Shown here one piece after another: positions 26,507 through 37,982 of a stretch of DNA of 64,000 nt. The stretch is taken from NCBI GenBank assembly GCA_036867785.1, contig CP145421.1:744001-808000 (forward strand), written 5' to 3'. The notes below the pieces were generated by a model. That model had not been told where the DNA came from and ran no database searches. It worked only from the letters and a program-made list of their open reading frames with translations. The position numbers and the translations under genes were made by a program. The DNA comes from Plasmodiophora brassicae. Taxonomy: Eukaryota. The stretch's first letter is position 1; each line of letters begins with the position of its first letter.

Positions 26507-26767
26507 CTAGCGTCTCATAGTAATGCCAAAGGAGACAGCAAGGACGATCACCGCCAGGAATGACCATCCGTAGCCGTGGCCGGTGCTGACGTTCGGACGC
26601 GTTCGTTCGCGCTTTGCCTGGTCATGCATCATCACGACTGGCGCAGAACGAGCGCGCATCTCCCTGTTCTGCACATGCCCTCGCTGTACTCTAGAGCTGA
26701 CGGCATTGCGCTCTTGGTTCTTGTCGTCGCTGACAACGTTAATGAAGAAGGCGCGTCTAGTAGTCAT
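26507..26767 (-). CDS. Possible small tail-anchored protein
   Basis: Short ORF ending in one hydrophobic helix and a basic tail (WSFLAVIVLAVSFGITMRR); no recognisable homology. Confidence 0.3.
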   Translation of the reverse strand: MTTRRAFFINVVSDDKNQERNAVSSRVQRGHVQNREMRARSAPVVMMHDQAKRERTRPNVSTGHGYGWSFLAVIVLAVSFGITMRR

Positions 26768-27048
26768 TGCTGGGATGGATTTCGAATGACAGTTCCGGCG
26801 TTGGAATGACTTCACAGTGACAGGTCAGGGTCAATAAACATCATTCTCTGCCAGAGGCACCTTCATCTATAATGCTATCTGCCATGGGTATCTATCTACC
26901 TAGTCCGGGAGGATGCGAGATAAGGGATATTGTTTGCAATGGAATTATTATGGAGCCAGTCCAACAGACGTCCCCACCCCACACACGGGCCACGGTCCAT
27001 GGCTGGCGGAGTCCGTCACGGACGCCGTGCTTTCCGAACTATCCGACC

Positions 27049-28675
27049 ATGTTCTCGCAGGACGTCTCGAACGAGTGGGCGGTGCCCGATGCGGTTCGCA
27101 AGTTCGTCACTGCCTTGCACCGGGCCATTACCGATCGGTCAGCGTACGAGATTGCTGATCTCTACACGGTTCAATATTCGAAGACGACGGAACGGTTTTT
27201 CAAGGCGTCTCCGTGGCCGACGGCAGACCTGATTGCCGATATCGTGTCCAATGATGCCGATTTCCTGGTTGTCTATAGGGAGATGTTCTATCGCCACGTG
27301 CACAACAACCGTGATTGCTTTCCTACTGTCCAGGATCGGGTCGCTGCGTTCAAGAACTATATCGAGCTGTTCAACATTTTCCTGAAGCAGTCTGAATCCG
27401 AACCGAAGCTGGATTTGCCACAACCGTGGTTGTGGGATATCGTCAACGATTTCGTCCTTCAGAAGTTCGCGTTCGACGAATGGGTCGCGACCGCTGATCA
27501 AGAGGACCTCGCCCAAATTGCAGGTGAACGCGATCCGATCTGGTCGATGCCGATTGTGTTGCAGTATCTGCATGCTCTGGTTAATAAGGGCCGCGTTCCC
27601 TTGAAACTGAACCCAGCTGTTTCCCCAACTGACGCTGGCGGTGACACTGGATTCGGCATTGCCAATTCCACGCGGACGATGGCACATTTCGCGCTTATCT
27701 GTCTCGCTCACGTACACATGCGTCTGGGCGACTACCAGACGGCCATTGACACGCTGGAGCCGATTGACTCTCGTAAGCGCTCTCAGGTTGCGAAGATGTA
27801 CTCGTGCTTCTCTACACTGTCTGTGTCGCACGTGCTGCTGGCTTGTAACTTCCTGCTGACGTGACCTTTGTAGGCATTACACCATGGCTTTATCCTTCGT
27901 GATGCTTCACAGATTCATGGAAGCTATTCGTGTTTCTGCCGCGTTGATATCCTACTCACAGAACACGAAGGCGTTTGCTGCACACCGAGCATGGGAAATG
28001 ACCCAAGGATTCGGTGCGCGGACTCCATTTCACGATCAGACGTTGGCACTACTCGCCATCGCATACGCTGTCTGCCCAAATGCACGCATCGATGATTCCG
28101 TCCTGTCGACGGTTAAGGTCGTCTATCATGTCGCACGTTTGCGCCATGTATTGACACTGTCCATGTCTCAGGATGAGTACGGTGACGAAATATCAGAGAT
28201 GGATGCGGGGTCGACAGATGTATTCCGCCGCCTGTTCGACTTTGCCTCGCCGCCTGCGCTTGGCGATGCTGTTGAGCAGCGTAGCCATCGTCTGTCAATA
28301 TTCCTCAAGGTCCGCTGCATTCTACGTGCGCGAAGTATGCATATCTAATTGCAACCACAGGAGGTGACCCAGCGCCAAGCTCTCAACGGCATCGACCTGT
28401 TCCTGAAGCTGTACACCACCATTTCTGTCGATAAGCTGGCGTCGGCGCTGAACATGGATGCGGTTTCCGTTCTGCAACAGCTGCTTGCGCTGAAGCAGCG
28501 TAACCGCATGATCCAGGAAGGTCATGCTGACATCACCAGTTCCGACGTCGATTTCCAGATCTGTGGTGATACTGTCCACGTCCAGTACAGCAAGGCGCCG
28601 CGCGGGCACACGGATTTCTTCCTGCGGAACACGTACAAGCTGAACGAGCTTGCTCGTGATATCGAGCGGATGTAG
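27049..28675 (+). CDS. EIF3L: Eukaryotic translation initiation factor 3 subunit L, multi-exon
   Basis: VPDAVRKF, TTERFFKASPWP, FLVVYREMFYRHVH, LPQPWLWDIVNDFVLQ, HMRLGDYQTAI, FLKLYTTISVDKLA. Confidence 0.92.
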
Positions 28676-28805
28676 TTCGTCAACAATACACTTGCCTGCG
28701 AACTGTTTCAGAGTACCAGGTTGCATGAGACAATATGGCAATGATATTTAGTGTAGGTCCGCTGAGGCATAGGAGACATGTAAGTACGATGGGGCTGATC
28801 ACCAT

Positions 28806-30040
28806 TCATGCAGCTGAGGCGGGATGTCCCACACTTGTTTGGCCAGTTCTGCTTATCGACAGAAGAACGACGCCACCGATCGTGATTGCCAATCCGAGCA
28901 AGAACACCATCAACCGCGCCGTTGTGAAGAAGGCGTACTCTTGAAAGAAGACCATGCCCGAAATCACGCTGCCCAGCAGCCAGCAAAGTTGGAAAACCTG
29001 GTAGCGAATGTATGTTCACACAGTGTCGCCATCGCAACAGGGCAAGCAGAACAAACCGGAACAACATGCGCAGCGTTGAATAGCTTCAAAGCGGAATTCA
29101 GAACCTTGAACTGAAAGAACACGGACGTGCATAATCCGGCCGCTATCTGCTCAAGTACACGATTAGCACAGCATTGCGTTACGCAGCATGAACAAACGCG
29201 ACAGACACAGTACGGCCACAGCGTGGCAAACATGCTCGCCGACCGTTCTTCAATGCAGGCGAAAAGAAGTGATGCAAGGCACTTGGCAAATAGGACATTA
29301 CACGACCCAATGATACCGCTGTAGCACAGTAACATCAGAAACCATTGCCAGTGTGTCGTCGGGTATATCACCTGAGAGCCGACAACGAAAACCGCAGCGT
29401 CCTTGCGTTGTATTTGGCAGAGCTCTGCTTACGGAGGCGCCGCTGCACAACCGATACCCTCGCCAGGATACCGATACCGAGAAGGATGGTGAAGGCATAA
29501 CCAAAGAAGTTGTACGTCAGGTACAGTCTCAGCAGTTCGGAAACCGTCCTTTCCACGTTGGTAGTTCGAGCAGCAATAACAGCTATGATTGTACCAGCGA
29601 ACGTGACAACAGTTGATATTATTTCGATGGACGTAATCGGCTCGCCTAAAATGAACCTTGCGCAGAAGATGTTGAACACCAGCGCAAGCGTTCCAGTTGG
29701 TGCGACTATGATTTGAGGGGCAATCCCCAGGGCTGGAAGGACTAGATCAGCCTCTTTCCAATGGTGCACCCCAGCTGCACTGAAACAAACCTAGAAAGTC
29801 TAACAAACTGGCGGCAGCGACGAGCCCCATTCCAACCAACCAGAGGCCCTGCCTATAATAGCGTGTCGAGTGAGCACTCCGCTGTAGCAGGTCAGCAGCA
29901 ACGGCGGTGTCGGCGCGCCCTGCCGCATGCCGAGAATGGGACAACTTTTGCAAGGAGATGCCGACCGGCGATATACAGGAAGCCATCAGCGCCAGGCCGA
30001 CACCGGCCAGTGTCAGCGACGACGGCGCAACGATACTCAT
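28806..30040 (-). CDS. NIPA-family (DUF803) magnesium transporter, multi-exon
   Basis: GVGLALMASCISPVGISLQKLSH, LWLVGMGL, APQIIVAPTG, ILGEPIT, LNSALKLFNAAHVVPV, GMVFFQEY. Confidence 0.88.
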
Positions 30041-30620
30041 CGCCACAAACGCTGCCCAGACCGGACACGCGACAGCAGGAGTAGAGGGCTCGGTCAAAGA
30101 TTCCCGTCGCGCACGGCGCCACCCATTAATACCATCACGGTGTAACGCAGCGGTGTCCCTCGGAAAACGGTCTGCTCGGGGCACTGGCGGCGCGCAGTGC
30201 GTGGACTTGGAGGATCGACCAGCTCGCAAGTCGCAACGCTCCGCATTCGGACGCCACAGAGCCACGCGGGCGTCGGGCCGGGCCGGGCCGCCGGGGACAT
30301 ATGCACCAACGCCAATGTCAGACGGCGGACTTACAATCCCCATATACGAGAGAACTAAACGTCCCTTTAAGTGTGGGGATGCTTGCGTATTCGTCTGGAA
30401 GATATGCGTTCGGCATCTCTGGCGGGACGAATTTGCAACCTGTGGCGCCCGTCCCTGACAACTCCATGAAACTGATGGTGGACGCACGCTCGCCTCAGGA
30501 ACTGGGGTTTGGGAGCATATGCCGCTATGGGAACGCCGTCGCGAGTATTCCAGGCATTAGGGTCCTGTTGATACAGTACGGTAGCGTCACGCTAGGGCAG
30601 ACAGTACCGTGCGATCGCAC

Positions 30621-33600
30621 ATGCCCTCGTCGATGTCGTTCGCGGACGACAACATCGAGACGCCGGGGCCGTCGCGTCCGCTTCCCTTCTCGGCGTTGGA
30701 CCATTTCCTGTCTGGTCCCGGGCGCACCGACCGGTCTGCCATTCGGCGACGGCTGCGTCGGGAGGCGGCCGATTTGATTGCGACTCATCGTGCCAGTCAG
30801 GAGGTGAAGGCGCCAGCGGCGCCTTCCAAGCCTGCTGTCCCTCCTCTTGCCCTATCGTCACGAGAAAGCATAAAGTCGCTGTCAGAACCTGGAACGACAG
30901 CGCCCAAGCTTAGCTCGCGGGCGTTCCACCAGCTCTCCTTGAACGACCTTGCCGCCACCGATGATCGGTTCAGCACGAAGACGCTGCTGAACGTCGACGA
31001 GGCCGTCGTTCTCAATGCGACGGATGGTGACCGCGCCCGAACCCTGATCAAGAAAGCGACGCCGTCTCAGGATGGGTGGACGCCGAGGCCGAGGAGGACT
31101 CCTCGACCACGATTGGGCACGGCCCCGGTGTCCCCTGGTGACGACACCCCCGTCGTCGGGACACCGTTCCTGACGGAAGTCGACCCAGGACAGGCGGCCG
31201 CCGCTGTCAGCAACGACGACGATGGAGGTGATGAAGTGTCTGCGGTGGACGTCATGACGCTGCTGGATCACGAACGACTTGGGGACCTGTCGGCCAAGTT
31301 CTCAGCGCATCCAGGCGCAGCGCTGACTCTGCAGCAATTCGTCCACTGTGTGAAACCATACCTGCCGACCACCGTTCATGGTACCGCTGTCATCCGTTGC
31401 TGACTCGGCCCTGTCCTCATCTGGTGCTGCCCGCCAGGTGAACTATCTGTCGTGATGGGCCTCTGTAAACTGTTCGACGAGATCGACGTGAACGGCGATG
31501 GGACGCTTGAATGGAACGAGTTCACGAACTACGTCGTCGATGCTGGCATGCACTCCAGCGACGCCGACACGGCTGAAATGCCTGTGGACGGGTACGAACG
31601 CGTGAGTATCCCCTTGAACATCGGCCGCGAACGCCACGAAATACGGGTCACGAAGCTGGCCTACTTTCCTGGCCTTCACCAGGCGATGATGTGGGATGGC
31701 ACCAAATTACAGGTCAACGTTCTGGACGGCAAGGTAAGCCGCCCGGCAATGACAGCGCTCGAGCGGGTCTGACCTGGGATGCAGAACCTGCACAGCGTTG
31801 CAACATTGCCATCAGGGGCGCATACCGGCTGTATACTGGCGGCAGAGTACATTCCATCCAAGTCTCTGCTCGTCACCGCTGGCAACGACAGGCGGATGTG
31901 TCTCTGGGATCCAGTGCACCAGTACGCGCTCTCGAAGAGGTACCAACATCCCCAGGCGCAGGTAATCGACCGCAGGTAGGCGTGGGGAACGCATATGCTG
32001 ACATCGGGGCAGGTGGCCCTACAATGGCACGACGTGCACGATAGATTGTACACGGCAGACGACCAGCACGCGGTGAACGTGTGGAATATGGGTCAGCCTT
32101 CGATTGGCGTTATTGTCAGGGCCATCGCTCACTTATACTGTTCACAGCGTCGTTGGATCGCCCGGTCAACAACCTTCCGGGGCAGCACGATCTCGCGATT
32201 CTCGACATGTTGCTCCTGAAGAACCTGAACCTGATGGCGACGGCATCACTAGGTGGGCCCTCGATCGTCGCCGTCGCCTCCGGGTCATCCCGACCGCCGC
32301 CGGCTGACGTAAACCGTGTAACTCTAGACGCCACTATTGGCCTGTTCGACATCGTACAGAACCGAAAGAGCCACAGGCTCCGTGGGCATCGTCGTGGCGT
32401 TCTTAGCCTTGCATACCATTCGGAGTACCACTGCCTAGGTCCAGGCCATAACCGCCCTCACACCCATACGCCATGGTTGACGCTGTCACAGTCAGCGCGG
32501 GGTACGACCACAAGGCATTGATCTGGGACCCGTATGTGGACAAGAGCATATGCTCGCTGAACGGGCACTTCAATCCCCTTATCAGTGTCAGCACGGTAGC
32601 CGGGACCCCTCAGATCGTCACGGTACGCTAGCGGCCAATCGTATGCAACGTCCTCCTACTGATGGCGAACGACATATGCAGGCCGACACGTCCGGCTGCG
32701 TGAAGATATGGGACATTCGCAACTACGCCTGCGTCCAAACGATCAATCTCTCGTCGAGCGATGACCTCAGCCTGGAATCGGCCGAGGCGCTCGCCGTGAT
32801 GCCGCAGACGAAAAGGATCATCGTTGGCGGCAAGGGTGGCATCGCCACCTATGACGGCGAGTGCTCGTTTGGGGTTTCCAATGCAATCGAGTGGCTGACA
32901 AACGGCGCCGCCAGGTTTGTCGGCCGCTGGCCGGTACCCCATTCTGGCCGATATCGAGCCGACGACCATAGCCCTCTATAACGACCACTTTGGGACTATC
33001 GTTACAAGCGTCGGGCGGTCGTTGAAGGCAAGCCATGTTGATCAAGGTTGTTCGAGGGTGCTCACGTCCTAGTGCAGGTCTGGGATGTCCGAACCGGTCA
33101 GATTCGTTCCGTGTTCAGGAACGTGACTGAAGCGCCCATAACTGCTATGGCGTTCGACACAAGCCAGAAGAAGGTATTACTGCTGCGATAGCGGGATGCC
33201 TTCCGATGAAGACCAATGGAACGTGTGTAGGTCATCGTTGGAGATTCGTCGGGGACCATCCGGGTCCTGAACGGGCGCAACGGGGCGTTCCTGAAGATTT
33301 GTGACATACCACACGCTCGATGCGTTACAGCACTCTGGTACGCCTCGTCGATGAAGGCCATCGTGTCATGTTCGTGGGACGGCTTGTGTCGCCTGTACGA
33401 CGACTCGGACTCGGTCACCGAGTACGTGTACCTTCGCCGGGAGGCGCAACAGATTGAGCACGAGGTGACCGCGTTCGATGGACGCGAGTGATGCTGCCAC
33501 TGACCACAAGGCAGGTTACGTGCGCGTGCATTTCACAGTCGTTGACGCTGTGTGCGGCGGGAGGGGCACAAGGACGGGTCGTGCTGTGGGACTACGACAC

Positions 33601-34415
33601 CAACACCATAGAAGGGCACCTACCAGGCCATAAGAGCGAAATTACCGCTCTAGCGTTCCTGGACCCATACCCGTTGCTGATGACGGCCGACCAGGACGGC
33701 AACCTGTGCATGTGGGCGGTCCGGCCCCTTCTGCGATCCAACCAGACGGAAGCGCCTTGCCTGTTCCGCGTCGTCAACGTCGTCGTTGGCGTGAACCAGC
33801 CCGTCATCCAGATTCAGTTCATTCCAGACGGCCACCAAGTGTACACCGCCGATGCGGCTGGCGTCTGCCGTATTTGGTCTATAGAAGGCGCGTTGTTCCG
33901 GTTGCAGATGGCTCCGTTCCTGCCCACCAGAGACGAAGACCGCGCGTCAAAGGCGACACGGATGGAGGAGTACGAAGTATACCGAGCGGCAAACAAGCCG
34001 ATGATGGCCAGGATCTGGACTGCCGAGAAGCTGATTCGCCCGGGAGACGTGAAGCTGATGGATTCCTGGCAGGCGCATCAGGATTCGATCCGGTCCATGG
34101 ACGTGATCACGTGGAGGTTGCCGCAGCAGGCCGCTGGCATCATCACGACGGGTTTCGATCGGATGGTGAAGGTAACAGCATCGAGCTGACTGCGGATGGG
34201 CGCGCCCCCGTCTGAGAACTGGTCAGCTTTGGGATCTGCGCGGGCGACCACTCGGTGCCCTGCACCAAGGACGCGGTGAATCCGAAATCAAATGCGACAT
34301 CGTGGATTGGGCGTTCCGCTTGGACACGAAGTCAAGAAGGCGGAGAGCAATGGACCGTGCCAGGACGGTGCTCGACCAGACTCGCCTTCTGGAACCTGTT
34401 CGCCCGCCAAAGTAG
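30621..34415 (+). CDS. EF-hand + WD40-repeat protein (WDR49/WDR64/EFCAB8-like), multi-exon
   Basis: Canonical EF-hand LFDEIDVNGDGTLEWNEF, then many WD repeats (LRGHRRGV, ADTSGCVKIWDIR, LPGHKSEITAL, WQAHQDSI, LWD). Confidence 0.85.
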
Positions 34416-34463
34416 TACATGGGAAGTCGTATTTGATTTATGTGGACGAACGTCGTAACAGGA

Positions 34464-34853
34464 TTACGCACGCGTGTAGATGACCTGCGAGCTGTGCTTG
34501 ACGACAGGGATGATGTGGCCCTCCTTCTCCAGGACGGCAAGCGCCCGGCGACACAGGCTGCCGTTAACGTGCAGACGCTCACTGACGCTGGCAACGGTGA
34601 TCGTCTTCATCTTCGGGACCTCCTTCATGAACTTCTCGTGAAGGGCGGCATCGAAGACAACAGCGTTGTCCTTCTTCTCCTTCTGCTTGCCCTTGGACCA
34701 CTTCTTCTTCTTCTGCTTCGATCGCGACGACGACTGCGCGGCCAGAAGCTTGGCGGCCTTCGACTTCTGCTCAACCTTGGGCGGCTACAATCACCAGCAC
34801 GTCGTGTCAGTGCTCAGTCCCGTCCATTCCCATCGTACCGACAACCCTACCAT
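34464..34853 (-). CDS. RPS25: 40S ribosomal protein S25 (eS25), 2 exons
   Basis: Spliced M|PPKVEQKSKAAK...KKKKWSKGKQKEKKDNAVVFD...VSERLHVNGSLCRRAL...KHSSQVIYTRA; not shown in the ORF track because the ATG is separated by an intron. Confidence 0.95.
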
Positions 34854-35011
34854 GGTGAATCAACGCTCTGCAACGGCGGAGTCCGCCACGGTCTTTTACA
34901 ATCCCGAGACGTCATTATATGCGGGTGCCCTAATACCGGATGCGATCAGCTGAGTGGGCTCAAAGCATCTCGTCACAGTCGGTCCTGTGCGTAGAGAGAC
35001 GCATTAGAGTC

Positions 35012-35818
35012 ATGCCCGGAGGTCAGGACTGGGTCCCCGCGTATAATTTTACCGATGACAAGGTGCCGTACGAAGGCAGGTGTCTGCCTGTCATCAGTCC
35101 TAGCCAAACGCTGACTATTCAACCATAGTGGACTCCTGGACGGTGACAGGCTCAGGCCAGCTCGAAAGAACGCAGGCGATGTACGACAAACGCCCATGTA
35201 CCGACACGCCCCCGTTCGTCGATAAGAATCTGGCTGTTGCCGAGTCCAGGTCGCCACTTGACTTGCTTGTCGCCATGGTCGTACCTACAAACACCTGCTG
35301 TACAGGGTCAGTTTTCCTCGGAAAGGCGATCGCCATCTCAGCCGCTCACGGTCAAAGACTAGGCGTGAACCCGGCCATCGAAGACCGTCATGGAGCCCGC
35401 ATGATACAATGAGTCTGCAGAAGGTGCAGCTGAGCGTTGCACTGGTGAATCGTCTCTGACAGTGGAGACCTACGTAGGTCTTGAGGCGCGGCTTTCGACA
35501 TAGTAAGCACGATATCATCCCGCAGACCTCCTCGTCGAAAACGGAACTTGGTATGGTGACTGACTTGGCACCGAGTCACTGACATGCAAGCTAATTGCAA
35601 ACGTAGACATTCGAGAAGCCGTGATTGTGCCAACAGTCGGCCACGTACTTAGCATCATCGAGCGTCAGGAGCTGGGACGCTTCCAGTTGCAATGGCTCGA
35701 ATCCGAGCGTCGAAAGCGATGGAAGTGCCCCGGTGCAGAGCAGTCGCTACTGTATCCGCTGAACATCTATGGCCAGACAGATGTTGACAAGTACTCGTCG
35801 CCGTACCCGAACGAATAG
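35012..35818 (+). CDS. Possible small multi-exon hypothetical gene
   Basis: ATG divergent from RPS25, several plausible donors and acceptors, and a last exon IIERQELGRFQLQWLESERRKRW...; I could not resolve a single consistent splice path. Confidence 0.3.
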
Positions 35819-35856
35819 CGCAAACACGACCGCGGTTTCTCTTAATCGAGGATGTA

Positions 35857-37626
35857 TTATCTGTTAACATGATGGGGAGATCTTGCGGGACGATGGTGTT
35901 CACGATGATGGTAGTGGTGATGCCTGGGAGGCGGTGCATTGTGTGAATGGGAAGGGCCGTGCGAATGGCCAGGCGGTCGGTATCCTTGCTGAGGCCTCGG
36001 ACGATGATGCCCTCCCATATCGAGGCGTTGTCGTTTGGACGCATGCGCTTGGGCCGCTGCCTCTGCACGTTGCTGCTTCCGCATTCGTGCCATGTACTCA
36101 TGCGATTGCTGATACACCGGGAGGCTGGCCGCACGTGTAAGCGACCAATCCACACACGTAACGGTACGGACGAGGAGTACTCTTTCGGATCCATTGGCAG
36201 CGGCTCTGTCCAGAAGAAATCATGCTGCAGAGCTTCGCGTGCGCTGATACGCTTCGCAGGGTCGAGCTCCAGCAGTTTTGACAACAGGTCCAGGACCAGA
36301 GACCCGTACCTGGAAGTCCCACCGTTAGACACGAGAGCAAATCACAGGGGGCCACCAAACATTACTTCGCAAACCGCGCCTCAAACGTCCTCGGATAGAC
36401 GTTCTTCATACGAAGCTTTTGATATCCGGGAAGTTTCGTGAAGCCGGGCCACGATTCAGGCGTCGGTGTCCCACACAACCGAAAGATCCGGTCGATCTGA
36501 TCGAGTTCCGTGGCACCGGGGAACGCCGGTGCCGCTGTCAGCATCTCCGCAAACACGCATCTGCACGGGAGCAACATCAGCGACGGGCGACAACATTATC
36601 GTGCCGCATGCGGCGATGCACTCCGTACCCGATGGACCACATATCAACAGCAGGGCCGTACTTTCGTGCACCATAGAGAAGTTCCGGAGGGCGGTACCTA
36701 GGCGAAATCCGTCTTCGAATGTTCATCGCAGAGCACGCGCACACAGGGGCCATACCACAGCGTGACGACATTCGACGTGTACTCCTCGTCAGTGTTGACA
36801 AATCGCGCCAGGCCGAAATCGGCGAGCTTGACCTCGCCGGTGTTGGATATAAGGACGTTGGGTCCCTGTCAAGGCCTGAGCGTTTGACAGAAAAGCCAGT
36901 AACCACAGATAGGCAACCTTGACGTCGCGGTGTAGAATCTTCTTGTTATGGCAGTGGTTGAGGCCTTGCAGGATACACCTGAGGTAGTACTTGATCTGCG
37001 GCATCGACAGCTTGACGTTCGGGTTCTCGAGTAGCCCGGTCAGGTCGTGGTCCATGAACGGAAACACCATCACGACCGACGAATTCTCCCGGTCCAAAGC
37101 CGAGTCTGCCATCGGGCCACGTCCGGTCAATGAGCGCAGTCGTGCAGGACGACGACGCCCACTGAATACAGACCAGTGGATGCAACGACGTCATTGAGCT
37201 GAATAATATTCTCATGCTCCAGCGCCTGCAGAATCTTGATCTCTCGGATAGCAGTGATCGGGAACTGGACACGGGCAACGTCAATTGATTCATGGAGACT
37301 TCACCGGCGCGCGGCGCGATCCAACAAACGCACCCCTTGGTTCTCGAACGCCATGCGAACCTTTTTCAGCGCGACAAGGCGCCCGCCCGGCGCTCTCGCC
37401 TTATACACAGACCTGCGTCGTGGCGGCGTTAGAGCTCGCTGACGCACAGCCGTCTAAAACCTGTCCAAATGGGACGATACGGGTACCCATAGGTGCCCTT
37501 GCCAATCATTTCGATCCGCTGATACACCTCGTCCGACCGGAACTGTGGATGCCGCTTGGGGTCGCATGCCCTGGCGCCGGACGCGTCATGTGCTGGCGGT
37601 GCGGACGGCGTCGCAGCACCCGACAT
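35857..37626 (-). CDS. CDK9/CDKC-type (PITAIRE) cyclin-dependent kinase, multi-exon
   Basis: [75 protein letters not shown]. Confidence 0.92.
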
Positions 37627-37982
37627 GCCACGACACGACAGCCAGGACAGCGACTGCGCCGCGCTGTTCGCGCCGGCCGCCCGATCGCGTCACTGCCCAC
37701 TCGACCCGGGACGGACGGACTCCGCCGACCAATGCCCAACCCAACCGCGCACTCGCAGGGCCACCCCGGAAAATCCGCAAGAACCATCGGGACCGCGTAC
37801 GTTCCAGGACACGGGCCGACCGACCCGCCATGATGATCGACTGGTCCGGTGGCGGCACGACCGCTATACAGTGCCGCGGCTCTACGGAGCAGAGACAGCA
37901 GATATCGAAACGGACGAGGGGAGAACGAGAACGGCTGTATCGCCAGCACAAAGGGCACGGTTCAAAACAACGCTGCACGTGT

